Part shown: piece after piece, positions 12,103-25,339 of the stretch
How the letters are laid out: each line of letters opens with the position of its first letter
How positions within the stretch are numbered: position 1 is the first letter of the stretch
Assembly (NCBI RefSeq): GCF_037042905.1
Contig: NC_087252.1
Span: 25,670,001-25,734,000 of the forward strand
Length of the DNA stretch: 64,000 bases
Reading direction: 5' to 3'
From: Lytechinus pictus
Lineage: Eukaryota
Position numbers and translations under genes: made by a program
The notes under the pieces: model-generated
Seen by the model: the letters and a program-made list of their open reading frames with translations, nothing else
Database searches by the model: none
What the model was told of the DNA's origin: nothing

Positions 12103-12499
12103 TTAAATCTATAAATAAGAAAAATAACCTGTATTATAAATACAAATCTACTCCAAACAACACAGCCAAATCCAGGTATACTAGATATCGCAATATTTTA
12201 ACAACTACATTGCGACTAGCTAAAAAGAACTATCACACTTCACAATTTGATGCTTATATAGGCGATCTAAAAAAAGACGTGGAAAGTTATAACTGATGTT
12301 TTGAAAACAAAAGTAAACTCAACTCTTATTTCCGTCGGGAATTCTAGTTAACGAAACCGAAGCGCAGTCCTCTCTCGCAATTGCTGAGGATTCAACAACT
12401 ACTTCGTTAATATCGGTCCAAATTTGGCGCGAAATGTCTATGAACCAAATTGTAATTTCAAACAGTTTGTGAAAATGCCAAACCACCTTACACCACTGG

Positions 12500-12846
12500 G
12501 GAATGAAAAAATAGGTTTTTTTCTATCATCTACATGTAAAAAAGTGCTTGCACATCGACTTCTACCCTCTTCATATGCTCCCAAATTGGCAGACTTTCTC
12601 ATATATTGGAAAAATATGGAAAAGGGGTGGGTGACTTTGGCAATCCCCTGAGGGGAATAGGCTTTGCTGTGCCAGCACTTCTTAGCAGCAGATAGACGAA
12701 AGTGTACTCCTTTGCCTACACGTAGTTTCAAAACAATAAGAGTAACTTTACTACATAGCAGAAACGCTTTTTGCCTCAATGGCATATTTTCCCATGAATA
12801 GGTAAACTATGCAAAAGGGGTGGGTGGGGTGGGGTCGGTGTCCCCC
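12500..12846 (+). repeat. ~190-bp unit repeat family (also at 58110-60140 and, as a variant, 5995-6075)
   Basis: Shared blocks 'ccagcacttctt..agcagatag', 'ttactacatagcagaaacgctttttgcctcaat' and 'aaaggggtgggt'. Confidence 0.8.
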
Positions 12847-13269
12847 TTATAGTCCAGGAAAAATAAGGTTTGACCTCAAACAAAGTGCAACATAATTTTT
12901 TTCACCGCAGTGCATTTCCATGTAGTCCCCAAAATGACATACTAAAATTCCAGAAAAATCCAAGTGGTGGAAAGACGTATAATTTGCATAAATCCAAAAT
13001 GGCGGCCATCGTGAGAACTTTTCATGATTATTAATAATAGTACAAACACTGGTCTTATCGTAGCACTTTTAAAAAATTTGATTAAAGCATTAAGCCTTCA
13101 CCAGTGTTATATCTTACCACAGGCTTCATTTCAAAATTAGGATGCAAGTCAAATTTGATCTCTGCTGACCTCTAGAGGTCAATGACCTCAAAATATCAGA
13201 AAAATGATGTTTTGCATCATCAGCTCGTGATAAAAATAGTTTTATTCATTTTCATTTCAGTCTTACTTG

Positions 13270-14941
13270 AAAAAACAGGGTAATCCTTTCAGAGCCTAGA
13301 GACACAAAATAACACAACACATATGTAATTAAACTAAATTGAACTTAAATAAACTAAACTAAACTAAACTAAACTAGACTAAAAACTTAACTAAAAACAT
13401 AACAAAACAAGACACAAAAAAGGAAAAGGAAACCGGTAACCAGCACGACATAAAAAGAATTGGCTTCTATTATTATAATAAAAATGAACCAGGAATTTCC
13501 TGCATTATTTTAACAATGATGACAGGTTGATTGTGCTTATTTGGGTCTTAAAAGAATTGAGTGTAGTTGGTGTACGAATATAGGTTGGTAGTTTGTTGTA
13601 GATACTTGGGGCTACGAATGAAAATGATCTTTTTTAAAATTCAGTACGGGGTTTTGGTATGAACAGTGAATTTAATGTAGATGGCGGGTGACATAATAAA
13701 TAGGACGTTTTGTAGCAAGACCATTCAAGTAATAGGGGGCTAAGTCATTAAGTATTTTAAAGACAGAGATACAATACTGATAGTTAATTCTACTGTCAAC
13801 GCTTTGCCATCCGAGACTGTTTAGTAGAGTTTCTTTGGTAGATGTGTTGTCCGCGTTAAGAACTAGTCTTGTATATCTGTTCTGGGTGCGTTGCAGTTTT
13901 ATCAAGTCCGTTTTGTTACATTTTCCCCAAACCACCGAACAAAAGTCTATGTGGGGTAGAAACGAGTAATATAGCTGTGCAAGGATTTTCTCTGTTAAAA
14001 ATGACTTTATCCTCCTAATGCACGCTATTGCTCTATTTATCTTTCTAATTGTATTCGATATATGTAATGACCAGTTTAGACTCTGGTCAAGAGTAATACC
14101 AAGATAGTTAGTATGTGTTACATTCTCGAGGTAATCTTCCCCGTGAGAAATTCTGAGAATCTGATTGTTTACTTTACGTTTGCTGCCAAATACCATGACT
14201 TTTGTTTTAGTAGCATTTATTTCCATTAGATTAATTTTGAACCATTGACGCAATAAATCGTATTCCTTTTGCAGGATGGTTTGGCTGCTCAAAATATTAT
14301 TTCCTTTGCAAAACAATAATTTTTGTTTCATTTTCAAATTGTAAATTACACATATCATTTATGGATAGACAAAAAAGTGAGGGCCCCAGAATGGACCCTT
14401 GTGGGACTCCAGAAGAAACATTATCAAAATCACTCAGGGCACCTTGGAAAGAAACGCATTGCTGTCTCTTACAAAGGTAAGAAGCAAACCATTCTAATTT
14501 AGTTGTTTTTATACCATAGAAAGGCAATTTTGATAAGAGAATTTCATGCGATATAATATCAAAGGCCTTTTTTAAATCTAAAAAAATTGCCCCTGTTATA
14601 AGACCAGAATCAAGATTTTTTTACAGAAAGTAAGTAATTTCAACTAAAGATGTGGCTGTTGAATGCTAAGGGCGAAAGCCTGATTGCCTGTGTGACAGTA
14701 ATTCAAATTTTTGTAAGCATTCGTAAAGCTGCATGTGCCCCGCCCTTTCAAGAATCTTAGATACACAAGATAATAATGATAGTGGACGAAAGTTGTTTAA
14801 TACACCTGAATCACCACCTTTCGGTACAGGAACAATCTTAGCCTTTTCAAAGTCGCTCGGGAAACATCCCGAATTTAAAGATTTGTTTAAAATATGTGTG
14901 AGTGGTTCCGCAATGCACACAGCTGCAGATTTCAGTAGCTT
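13270..14941 (-). mobile_element. 5'-truncated, frameshifted CR1/L2-group LINE (reverse transcriptase)
   Basis: NFRPLSLLSCVSKILER, QSGFRP, FLDLKKAFD, SGVPQGSILGP, YLGITLDQSLNW across three broken ORFs. The catalytic YADD segment appears deleted near 14325. (AGTTT)n repeat in the 3' UTR at 13330-13390. Confidence 0.9.
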
Positions 14942-15879
14942 AAAGCAAACAAAATCATTCATTATTGACTTTCAAGGTATCCTGGTATTCTAGAAAAAAA
15001 TGATGGGTTGTAAGATTTGACCTTCGAACCTGCAGAACTAGAAAAGGTCAATGACCTTAACATTTGTAAATACTGACGCTGAGTGCTCACTGTTTTTATG
15101 ATAGGCTTGAATAGGCCACTAATGAAGAAAAAAAATCATGATAAATATAGTGATAATGCAAAAATAAAATCAATATTGACTTTCAGGGTATCCTGATATT
15201 CTACAATGTAGTTTGTGTTTTATAAGTTTTGACCTTTGACCCCAAAGCACTGGCTAAGGTCAATGACCTTAACATATTAGAATATTGACAATTAGCATCA
15301 GTGGTCTATGCTAAATAGGCCTCGTGTATAATTGCAATACAATTTATTTCAGCATGTAAATATTGTAATGCATTTCCATGAAGTCTCCAAAATGACATAC
15401 ACTTACCAAAAGTCGAGAAAAACCCAAGGGGTGGATATGCGTCTAATTTGCATATATCGAAAGTGGTCCAATGATTAATCGTAGTATTACAAACACTGGT
15501 CTGATCGTAACACTAAAATTATGATTAAAACATTAAACTTTCACCAGTGTTATGTTTTATCATAGGTTTTTTAAATTGGATGTAAGTCAGATTTGAAGTA
15601 TGCTGAAGTCTGACGTCGAAATATCTTCTTTTTTTAAATAGAAATTTATATTTTGCATCATAAGTTTGTTATAAACATTGTTAGTTTGTGAGAATAGTTA
15701 GTTTAACATGTAAGGTCCCTTGATATTCATGAGAAAATAGGTGAGTATTAAAAGTTGTGACTAATCTATTTACTAACATGACTAACCAGCTTCTGCTGAA
15801 TAGAGCAACCCGGGATAAGCCACAGCAAAGTGAATATCTTTCATGGTACCAGTCGCTTTGCAGCACGCTTTGCTTTACA

Positions 15880-16290
15880 GTCCCTTCTTCCAGAAATTTG
15901 GAGGAAGGGTAGAGTAATTGCTATCCTGAAATATGGGCAAGATCCAAATGTGCCTAAAAGCTACAGGCCAATCCCCCTTCTCTTATACCTCTAAAGCTTC
16001 TTGAGCATCTCATCCTGAACAAAAGATGGTCAGATTATAGAACGGCATCTTCTTCCAGGCTGGTTCTTAACTAAGGAAATAATATACAGGCTAGGTTCTA
16101 ACCAGACTCAGTTAACTGATGACAGTTAACAAGCTATATAACCAACGGGTGTTGACAATTTTGTGGAATTAACAGCTGCATCAGACAGTGTGGTCTACTC
16201 ATATAATGGTACAATACACTGATGACATTCATCTGACCAAACTCATCAAACTTCTACTATAAAACATCTCTTTGTTCTCGCTCGAGTCCA
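15880..16290 (+). mobile_element. Old LINE RT fragment (Ingi/Vingi-like)
   Basis: LPEIWRKGRVIAILKYGQDPNVPKSYRPIPLL, KLLEHLILN, FVELTAASDSV (cf. FVDLTAAYDTV). Confidence 0.7.
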
Positions 16291-16994
16291 GTGTTCTTCG
16301 AACCCAATCAAGACCAAGGTTTGCTTGTTTCATCCCCGCAATACTCAAAACAACAACCTATGCTTAAAATTCCCTTCTAGCACTGCGTCCATTCTATTTA
16401 TCTTGGTGTCATTATGGACCTATAGGTCCATGGTGTCACCAGTGATCAGTCACATTAAGAGTGAAGGGGGAAAGCGAGGATACATAACCTTCTCCGGAAC
16501 TAACAAACTCCCCTGGAAGCCAGTACTCTGCTACAGAGGTCATTTTTTCAGAGGAAAATGCCCTCAGAATAATGAGAGTATTGGTACCTAGCGTCATTGG
16601 TAAAAAAAAACAAGGCTATCGTATACAAATGATGGCCTTCAGTTTTGTTATTTTTTTAACATATCATTTGGGTAAAGATCGCAGATATCAGCATCTGAAT
16701 GCTGAGAAAAGTGAAAGGACAACTACTTTAAAATATCATTTTTTCATATTAACCAGTGATGCCGAGTACCACTAGTTTTACATTTTAAGGATAATTATCT
16801 TTAGAGGTCCTCAAATGACAGCCATTTTGGATTTATGGGCATGTTTGGATTTTACTGGACTTAAAGAATATCATCTTGAAAACTTTATGAAAATGCATTG
16901 TGATGAAATAAATTGGATTGCAATATTTTTCATTGTCAATATTCTAAAACCTACAGCTCATTGACCTTTAATCTCTCTAGGCGGTTTCAGAGGT

Positions 16995-17804
16995 GTTTTC
17001 GAATAAACACCTCGAATAAACACCAGAAATGTTTCGAATAAAACATTTATTTTTACAGGTATCAAACTTTGGAACTCTCTTGTAGAATCATTACGTAACA
17101 AACCAACACATTCAAGTTTCAGTCGAGGGTTAAAGAAAATTCTTATTCTTGGGTATAAACCCCAGAACTCAAACATTTCTGTGTAAGCAGCTACCACATC
17201 TTGTTCTTCTTCCCTTCTTATTTTCTTCCTTCTCTTTCTTCCTCCCTCTCAAATGTATTTTGTTCTCTCTCTCTTCCTATCACCTTTAATGTCTAGTTCT
17301 GTTGCTTTTCTTATTTTCCTGTTTGTCTATGTTTTGTAGTATGTTTTGTTTTGTTTCTTTTCCCTTTTTTTGCTGTCTTGTCCTGTTTTGTCCTGTTGTG
17401 GTTTATGTGCATTTTTTGTTATTGTATTTGTTTTGTTTTTAGTATTCGTTCTGTCTTGTCCAAGTGATTGTCTGTTCACACACTCCTGAACTCATGGTTT
17501 TTTATACAGCAGGGGTATGATATAATATTTTTTTGTCAATTGTAACATAGTACACATAAAAAGCTTGACCCCAGTAGTATTCTTTTTCATTGTATAAACC
17601 TTTTTAATTTACGATTTGAATTTCATTGATCAAAATAAATACTTTAATTAACTATTTATTGCAGGGAACCCGTAATAACAAGCTTTGCTTTCCAGTGGGT
17701 TCCCTTTTTTCATTTCTGTATATTATATTTTTGTGTTTTGCTATACAATGTAACTTTTGTTAAAATTTGGAATGAAAAATGAATAAATGCAATCAATCAA
17801 TCAA
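16995..17804 (+). mobile_element. 3' end of a CR1/L2-group LINE flanked by a 132-bp direct duplication
   Basis: PRINTRNVSNKTFIFTGIKLWNSL..SFSRGLKK C-terminus, T-rich UTR, GGGAACCC...GGGTTCCC hairpin, AATAAA and (AATC)n tail. Flanks 16863-16994 and 17805-17936 match. Confidence 0.85.
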
Positions 17805-18666
17805 AAAGAATATCATCTTGAAAACTTCATGAAAATGCATTGTGATGAAATAAATTGGATTGCAATATTTTTCATTGTCAATATTCTAAAACCTACAGCT
17901 CATTGACCTTTAATCTCTCTAGGCAGTTTTAGAGGTCAGAACTTGCAATTCACAAAATTCTCTTAAGAATATCAGCATTGATACCTTGAAAGTCAATAAA
18001 ACCTATTTTATTTTGCATTTAAACCATTTTAAGGAACTAATGATGCAAAATATCAATTGTCTGATATTTCAAGGTCATCGACCTAGGTCAGACCAGTGTT
18101 TGTACTACTCCTATAGTAGTCATTAAGAATTCTAACGATGGCCTCCATTTTTTATTTATGCAAATTAGATGTCTTTCCACCACATGGATTTTTCTGGACT
18201 CTTAGTTTGTCATTTTGCGGACTTCATGGAAATGAATTTTGCTGAAATAAATTGTATTGCAATTTTTACACGAGAAATCTATTTATCATAAACTGCTGAA
18301 GTTAAGTATCAATATTCTAATGTGTTAAGGTTATTGAACTTTGCCAGGGTCAAAGGTCAAAATTTATTATACAAAAAAATCTTTTTAGAATAACAGGGTA
18401 CCTCAAAAGTCAATTTTAATAATTTTGTTTGCTTTGTAACTATCATAATATTTATCATGAACTAAAAATGCAAAAACATAATTAATTTCCCGATATTTTG
18501 AGGTCTGTGACCTTAAGATCATTGACCTCTAGAGGTCAGAAGAGTTCAAATCTCATTTGAAATGAAGCCAATGGTAAGATATAACACTAGTGAAATTAAA
18601 TGTTTTTATCATAATTGTTAAAAGTGCTATGATCAGACCAGTGTTTGTACTACTATTAGTAATCAT

Positions 18667-19750
18667 AACAAGTGGAATGCCTCTGACCGTCTCACCTGCA
18701 TCACGCGATTCAATATAGCAGCAGTGCTGATTTTGATAACTACTATAACTCGCACAAGATGTTCAGTGATACTTGGTTACTCTTCTTTTCACGTTTTATG
18801 AACTAGACCAATACACTTATAGAGATATGATGGCAATTCAACAAATATCCCCCAAGTTGGCTAAAGTTCTTTGACCTTACATGACCTTTGACCTTGATCA
18901 TGTGACCTGAAACTCGCACAGGATGTTCAGTGATACTTGATTAGTCTTATGTTCAAGTTTCAAGAGTCAGATTCATCAACTTTCAAAGTTATGATGGTAA
19001 TTCAACAGATACCCCCATTATGGCCAAAGTTCATTGACCTTTGACCTAAAATGTGCACAGGATGTTAAGTGATACTTTATTACTCTTATGTCCAAGTTTT
19101 ATGAACTAGACCGAAACACTTTCAAAGTTATGGCTGTAATTCAACAAATACCCCAATTTGGCCAAAGTTCATTGACCCTTAATGACCTTTGACCTTGATC
19201 ATGTGACCTGAAACTTGCACAGGATGTTCAGTAATACTTGATTACTATTATATCCAAGTTTCATGAATCAGATCTATAAACTCTTAAAGTTATGATGGTA
19301 ATTCAACAGATACCCCCAATTCGGCCAAAGTTCATTGACCCTAAATGACCTTTGACCTTGGTCATGTGACGTGAAACTCATGCAAGATGTTTAGTGATAC
19401 TTGATTAACCTTATGTATAAGTTTCATGAACTAGGTCCATATATTTTTTAAGTTATGATGACATTTCAAAAACTTAACCTTAGGTTAAGATTTTGATGTT
19501 GATTCCCCCAACATGGTCTAAGTTCATTGACCCTAAATGACATTTGACCTTAGTCATGTGACATCAAACTCATACAAGATGTTTAGTGATACTTGATTAA
19601 CATTATGGTCAAGTTTCATGTACTAGGTTTATATACTTTCTAAGTTATGCTGTCATTTCAAAAACTTAACCTCTGGTTAAGATTTGGTGTTGACGCCGCC
19701 GCCGTCGGAAAAGCGGCGCCTATAGTCTCACTATGCAGGTGAGACAAAAA
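18667..19750 (+). mobile_element. Helentron-associated (DINE-1/HINE-like) element with internal ~120-bp tandem array
   Basis: Starts AACAAG; subTIR GTCTCACCTGCA (18689-18700) pairs with TGCAGGTGAGAC, which also forms a 3' hairpin (19725-19745). Tandem 'tgacctttgacct..gatgttcagtgatacttg' units; A-run insertion site; host sequence rejoins. Confidence 0.8.
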
Positions 19751-19993
19751 TTCTCATGATGGCCGCCATTTTGAATTAATGGAAATAATACGTCTTTCCA
19801 CTACATGGATTTTTCTGGACTCATTTTGGGGACTTAGGGAAATGCATTGCGTTGAAAAAAAAAAACATTTGTGCGATTTTTGTTTGCGGTTGACCCCCCC
19901 AAATCATTTACTTTTCCTGGACTATAAAGCTAACACAATTTTCAAAAATTCGAAATGAAATATGGTTGCGTTTATTTTGATACACACTGTACA

Positions 19994-20835
19994 CAGTGGC
20001 GTAACAGGCGGGGGGCAAGTTGCCCCCTCTGGCGGATTTCACCGGGAAAATTAAAAAAAAAACGGGAAAAAGAAAAAAAGGAGGGAGAAAGAAAGGGAAA
20101 GGGGAACGAAAGGAGGAAAGGGAAAGGGAAAAGGGAAAAGAATACGAAGAAAAAACTTTTTTTAATGGAAAAGGAAGGAAAGCGGGAAAATGTACGATAG
20201 AATTAATATTTCAGAAAGAACAAATCATTGGGAAATAGGCCTATGTAATGCAATAGCGCGGTGGGAAATAAATTTGAAGATGACAAAATGGCAAACAATA
20301 GCGGGAAACGAAGGTAAAATGTAATTAGTCAAAAGCTAAATTGGAAAACAAAGAAAAGGGACAAGAAAAAAATTACTTGACCGGGCTGCCGATGATTGAA
20401 ATTAAAGAGCGGAAAGAAAGATGAACTGCATGCAACAATGTGCTATAAGCTTGCTAAATTTTATGCAAATAAGCTACTGGGGCTTTGCCCAGACCGCACA
20501 CAGTAGGGGCTCTTCATTTATAACCTTCGAATGGCTCTATAACGCCCCCGTTCAATCACGTTCAATCACGGGCATACAAGCGCGGGGGGAGGGGGTCTTG
20601 GTTTCACACCCCAGAGGAAATAAAGGCAATTATAGGAGACAATATATAAAGAAATGAATGGAAACAATAAAATGTGTTATTTGCTGAATATAATGGAAAA
20701 ATCTATCACATAATTAGAATTTAATTTCAATAGGCAATTTTTTTTCCACCTCGCTTTGCACGCTGGCGACTTTTACAAAATTTTCCCACATTGCTATGTT
20801 TTGCCCCCTCAAAATATTTCGTTCATTACCTAACT
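19994..20835. mobile_element. CAGTGGCGTA-type non-autonomous DNA element (hAT-like), decayed
   Basis: Left end CAGTGGCGTAAC..GGGGGCAA; right end TTGCCCCC...TTACCTAACTG; purine-rich interior; no TSD recovered. Confidence 0.5.
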
Positions 20836-20849
20836 GGGTTGAATACCGA

Positions 20850-20965
20850 AAAAAAACCCGTAAAGTTCTCTCATTCTACCCCAGTCTCGATCGGCCATTT
20901 TGTTATGATTCATAACAAAAATGGCCGATAGAGACTGGGGTAGGAGAGAACTTTTCGGTTTTTTG
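20850..20965. repeat. Fold-back palindrome
   Basis: AAAGTTCTCTC..CTACCCCAGTCTCGATCGGCCATTTTGTTATGA pairs with TCATAACAAAAATGGCCGATAGAGACTGGGGTAGGAGAGAACTTT, centred ~20909. Confidence 0.85.
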
Positions 20966-22737
20966 AGGTTCCAGTCTGTGCCTGGATGTCAGCATACTAC
21001 CACTCGATAGACCTTCATCCATATAATCGTGGTAAGTGCATAATTTCTGTTTTCACAATTTATCTTGCTAGATATCTTGACCATAATCTACCCTTGTCCC
21101 GTGAGTATGGGTTAATACACGGTGAGCTCCTGGGCGCCGGCCCGCTTTGCGGGCCGGTTCTCCCTGGGTTATCTTTATTCCAGACCTAATCATTAAAAAA
21201 AATTGCGAGAAAATTTGTTTTCTAACGTAAGACCCTATCGTATTCTTATTCTGGTGGAGTAACACGAGTTTTAAAACATACTCTCCTCCAGACCCGGTTA
21301 TTCAAAAAATGAATTAAAAAAACTTCAAATCTAAGACCAATCTTCAAAAGTTACACCCAGTAAAAAAATATGTCTTTACCCCATACGAAGAACCCTACAA
21401 AACATTGTAATAATGCATGGGTAAAGTAATCCTCCTTTCTCCAGACTTGGTTATTATTTGAAAAAAATAAGATAATTTTTACAAATATTCTAAAACGAAT
21501 TACCCAATAATCTAATTACTGTGGAATAACATGAAGATCGATTGTAGACTTTCCTCCAGACACAGTTATTTCAAGAATAAAAAAGCAATAAACCCAACCC
21601 CAAACATCGAATCTAAGAACCAATAATCCTCCAAATTAAGACCATGTAGAAAAGCACATGTTTAGAGCGTTGTCTTTATTCCAGACTCAGTCATTAAAAA
21701 AATAATTTAAACAATCTTAAAAACATAAGACTTTGTCATATTCTTATTCCTGTGGAATGACACGAGTATGCTTAGTCTTTCGTATAGACCCGGTTATTTA
21801 AAAGATAAAGAAAAATTGAAAAAAAAATCAAAGCTATTAAAGACCAATCATCAAAATCAAACCCAGTTAAAATGCTTGGGTTTAGAGTGTTGTCTTTACC
21901 CCCACACCCAGTTCTCTTAAAAATACAAATTAAGCGTAACATTAATCTTAAAACTTAGACCCAGCATCTTCCAAAATATAAATACCCTCCCAGGTAAAAA
22001 AAAAACAAAAAAAAAACAGTTGAAACCAGTTGAAATTTTAACTGGTTTCAACTGGAGTCAACTGGTACCAGTTGAAACCAACTGGCACAACTGGTAAACT
22101 CCCACCATACCAGTATATTCCAGTTGAAACCCATTGTCCCAACTGGACATGCTGAAAACATACAAGTTTATTCCAGTTGAAACCAATACTATTACTGGTA
22201 TAAATTAGCACACCAGTTAATACCAGTTAAAAACTCATTAGCCAAACTGGACCATTTGATGCCAGTTGAAACCCATAGAAACCCAATGGGTGTATATACC
22301 AGTTAATGCCACCTTAAACCCATAAACCATACTGGTATATCATTAAACCAGTTGATACCAGTTAGAATCAACATGCATTACTGGTATACCTAGCAGTTGA
22401 TTCCAGTTAAAACCCATAAACCAAACTGGATCAGAGTGTTCCAGTTGGAACCCATAGACCTCCCATAACCCACTTGAAACCCATTAACCATACTGGAATA
22501 TCAAACCAATGGATACCAGTTATAACCAATATAGGCATTACTGGCATATCTACCAGCTGATTCCAGTTAAAAGCCATAAACCATACTGGAACAGATTATA
22601 CCAATTGGAACCAATAGGCCACCCATAACCCACTTGAAACCCATTAACCACACTGGAATATCAAACCAAATGATACCAGTTAGAACCAATAGGACTTTAC
22701 CAGTTGATTCTAGTAAAATCCCGTATATACATATATA

Positions 22738-22832
<95 letters not shown>

Positions 22833-22835
<3 letters not shown>

Positions 22836-23568
22836 TGCGTCCCAGAAAAAACGAAACCGAGATTTATCGATGATTTATCATAACTTAATCACAAATACAA
22901 TAGACAAATGACCTACCATTGTAAAGCTTAGAATCTCCTCTTTCATCTGAAATTACTTAGATTATTTCTCATTCACGCATGAGTGAGCAAAACAATTTGA
23001 AGAGGGGATACCAAAAAGTCATTTGGCGGGGGCTATCTGAATTTCAAAAAGAAAATCACATGCCTAAAAAGTTCAATATCTGCTCTTTTATTTGATACCT
23101 TAATTAAAGAAAATGGTCAAGAAATAAGAAAATTCTGGTTATTTGAAACAAGGCTTGATTTTCAATAATTTCATGAAATGAAGAGGTTTTACAGGCTAGC
23201 GTCCAGGCTCACTCGACACTCGATAGCTTCTGTGGGAAACCGGTGAAAACACGTTTATTTAATAAAATTATGGAAATACAAGCATTGTTTCGAGGGATCA
23301 TAACTTTTTTACTTCTTAACCATTTTCTGTGATTAAGGTATCAAATAAAAGAGCAGATATTTGATACCCCCCGCCAAATGAGTTTTTGGCATCCTCTCTT
23401 CGAATTGTTTTTGCTCACTCATGCGGGAATGAGGAATAATCTAAGTAGTATCAGATGAAAGAGGAGATTCTAAGCTTTACGTTGGTAGGTCATTTGTCTA
23501 TTTTATTTATGATTAACTTATGATTAATCATCGCTTATTCTCGGTTTCGTTTTTTGTGGGACGCACTG
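22833..23568. mobile_element. Tc1/mariner-type MITE inserted in (TA)n
   Basis: TA|CAGTGCGTCCCAGAAAAAACGAAACCGAG ... CTCGGTTTCGTTTTTTGTGGGACGCACTG|TA; TIRs extend ~300 bp. Confidence 0.9.
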
Positions 23569-23629
23569 TATATGTATATAAGAGGCATAGTGGTAAAGCA
23601 TTGTACTTATTTCCAACAGAGTTTAAATA

Positions 23630-23660
<31 letters not shown>

Positions 23661-23665
23661 TATAT

Positions 23666-23751
<86 letters not shown>

Positions 23752-23755
<4 letters not shown>

Positions 23756-23879
23756 AAGAAATGGATGAAGAGAACAATGGTAGGCGTAGCTTAAATCAAG
23801 GTTCCCCAGAGCTATCTACCCTTTGGAAAAATTGGTGATGCCGAAAAAATGTCTCTGCCGGGAATCGAACCCGGGCCCA
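23752..23879 (-). mobile_element. Fragment of a tRNA-derived SINE
   Basis: Minus strand GGGCCCGGGTTCGATTCCCGGCAGAG (B-box/T-arm) followed by a non-tRNA body; the 5' tRNA half is missing. Confidence 0.65.
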
Positions 23880-23903
23880 CACTTTACACTTTACACTTTA
23901 CAC

Positions 23904-23942
<39 letters not shown>

Positions 23943-24600
23943 TATAAGAACTATGTTTTCATACCTTTGTTGTTTTATTTATCGCTTCTCTTAAACTGTA
24001 ACTGACTTTTGAAATAGTTTTGTAATTGTTGATATCTGCAGTAATCATTCAAATTTCTTATCCGACAAGTCACTGGCTCAATATAGCTGTAACCCACTTT
24101 ACATTAATATTTTTTTTTACAGATCATATTACTTCAACGTCCTCGTATCTTTGTTTTTAATTCCTTTTGAGATAATTCTTTATGATTATCATTCATTACT
24201 GTGTTTCCTATAACTATTATTATTATTACCATTAACACAGCGTTACTTTTCTTAAAAACTTTTCTTAAAAAAGCAAGTATTATTTCATACAATCCACTCT
24301 TTAATCTACATGTATTGTTATTCATTCAACATTGGTTAAATATATATTTATGTGAAAATGTTCATTATGTTAAAGGTATATACATTTAGCCTACTCCCAA
24401 CCTTTGCCTGTTCCTGCTTTTGACATTACTTCCCCCCCCCCTGTATACTTTTCTTTTTGTATACCGTTTCCAATATTATACATTAGTATTCTTTGTTATT
24501 TTTTGTTGCTTGTTTGTTTACTGAAATTTTGCTCTGTACACATTCATGTAATTCAGCCTTTTACCATAATAAATGCCATTTATCCATTTATCCATCCATC

Positions 24601-24657
<57 letters not shown>

Positions 24658-25339
24658 CGTTGTTGTGATTAAAACAGCTTGATTGAGGATAAGAGGGAAA
24701 ATATTTACATAATAACTAACTTAATTATTCTTTATGTTAATTTTAATATTTCCACCTTGAAAAGTTTCAGTAAAGTATGTGGTTCGATATTAGCATAAAA
24801 CTTAAATCGAAACATGTTATTCTCAATGAAATTTTCTAGTTTATATAAAAAAATTGTTATCCTTGATATTTGTTGCGAGAAAAAAAAATCTTCCTATTTA
24901 ATCCATTTTTTCTAATTTAAGTTAAAGGGGACTATTTTACACTATTTTTACAAATCATATAAAAATTAGTGTATTATTCTTTTTTTGTAACTCACTGATA
25001 ATTTTAATAGAATATCTATTTTTCTATTTATGATGCGCATATTTATTGCTAGTTTACAACCTTGCCATGTTAGCAAGGCTGTCTTTATCTTTTAAAGAAA
25101 AAGAAAATAAATAAAATGAAAATAAAGAAAAAATATTAAGCTAATTCATTCTTAATCTTTCAAAGAAAAAAAAGCTCCAAAAGCAGTGGCAATTAAAAAT
25201 CGTCATTTCTTGACTGGTTGCCAACCAAAAACAAACGAGAAGAATTTTTTATGTCAAGAAGTTCGTATATCTATTTTAAAACTTCTTTCTTGCTTTAGAC
25301 CCCCCCCCCCCTTCATTATTCCTGACTCAGCAGATCTTC

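Larger units (their letters stand above)
9775..12480 (+). mobile_element. Decayed CR1/L2-group LINE, AP-endonuclease and linker region, split by two MITEs
   Basis: Motifs FLHFNVRSLHK, LGISET*L, GGRVGIY, CVIMGDLNLNL, KPTRITESPATLIDNIF, ILDHF, ITKSLLKSINKKNNLY. The frame rejoins cleanly across both TTAA insertions. Confidence 0.85.
12850..19924. mobile_element. Non-autonomous Academ-like element (TAG...CTA ends) with long subterminal repeats and nested insertions
   Basis: TAGTCCAGGAAAA at 12850 / TTTTCCTGGACTA ending 19924. The ~200-bp subterminal block (ccagaaaaatcc..gtggaaagacg..aaaatggcggccatc) is inverted at 19750-19860 and repeated at 15370-15600 and 18090-18240. No clean direct TSD (tta/taa). 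Confidence 0.65.
22725..24657. repeat. (TA)n microsatellites at ~22725-22832, 23626-23750, 23907-23946 and 24603-24657
   Basis: Read directly from the sequence. Confidence 0.95.

Noticed and set aside
19955..20238. Lys/Glu/Gly-rich ORFs
   Set aside because: Low-complexity purine tract inside a MITE.
23845..23879. tRNA gene
   Set aside because: Only a B-box/T-arm remnant without a cloverleaf; SINE fragment.
23520..24682. YIYIYI-rich ORFs
   Set aside because: Translations of (TA)n microsatellites.
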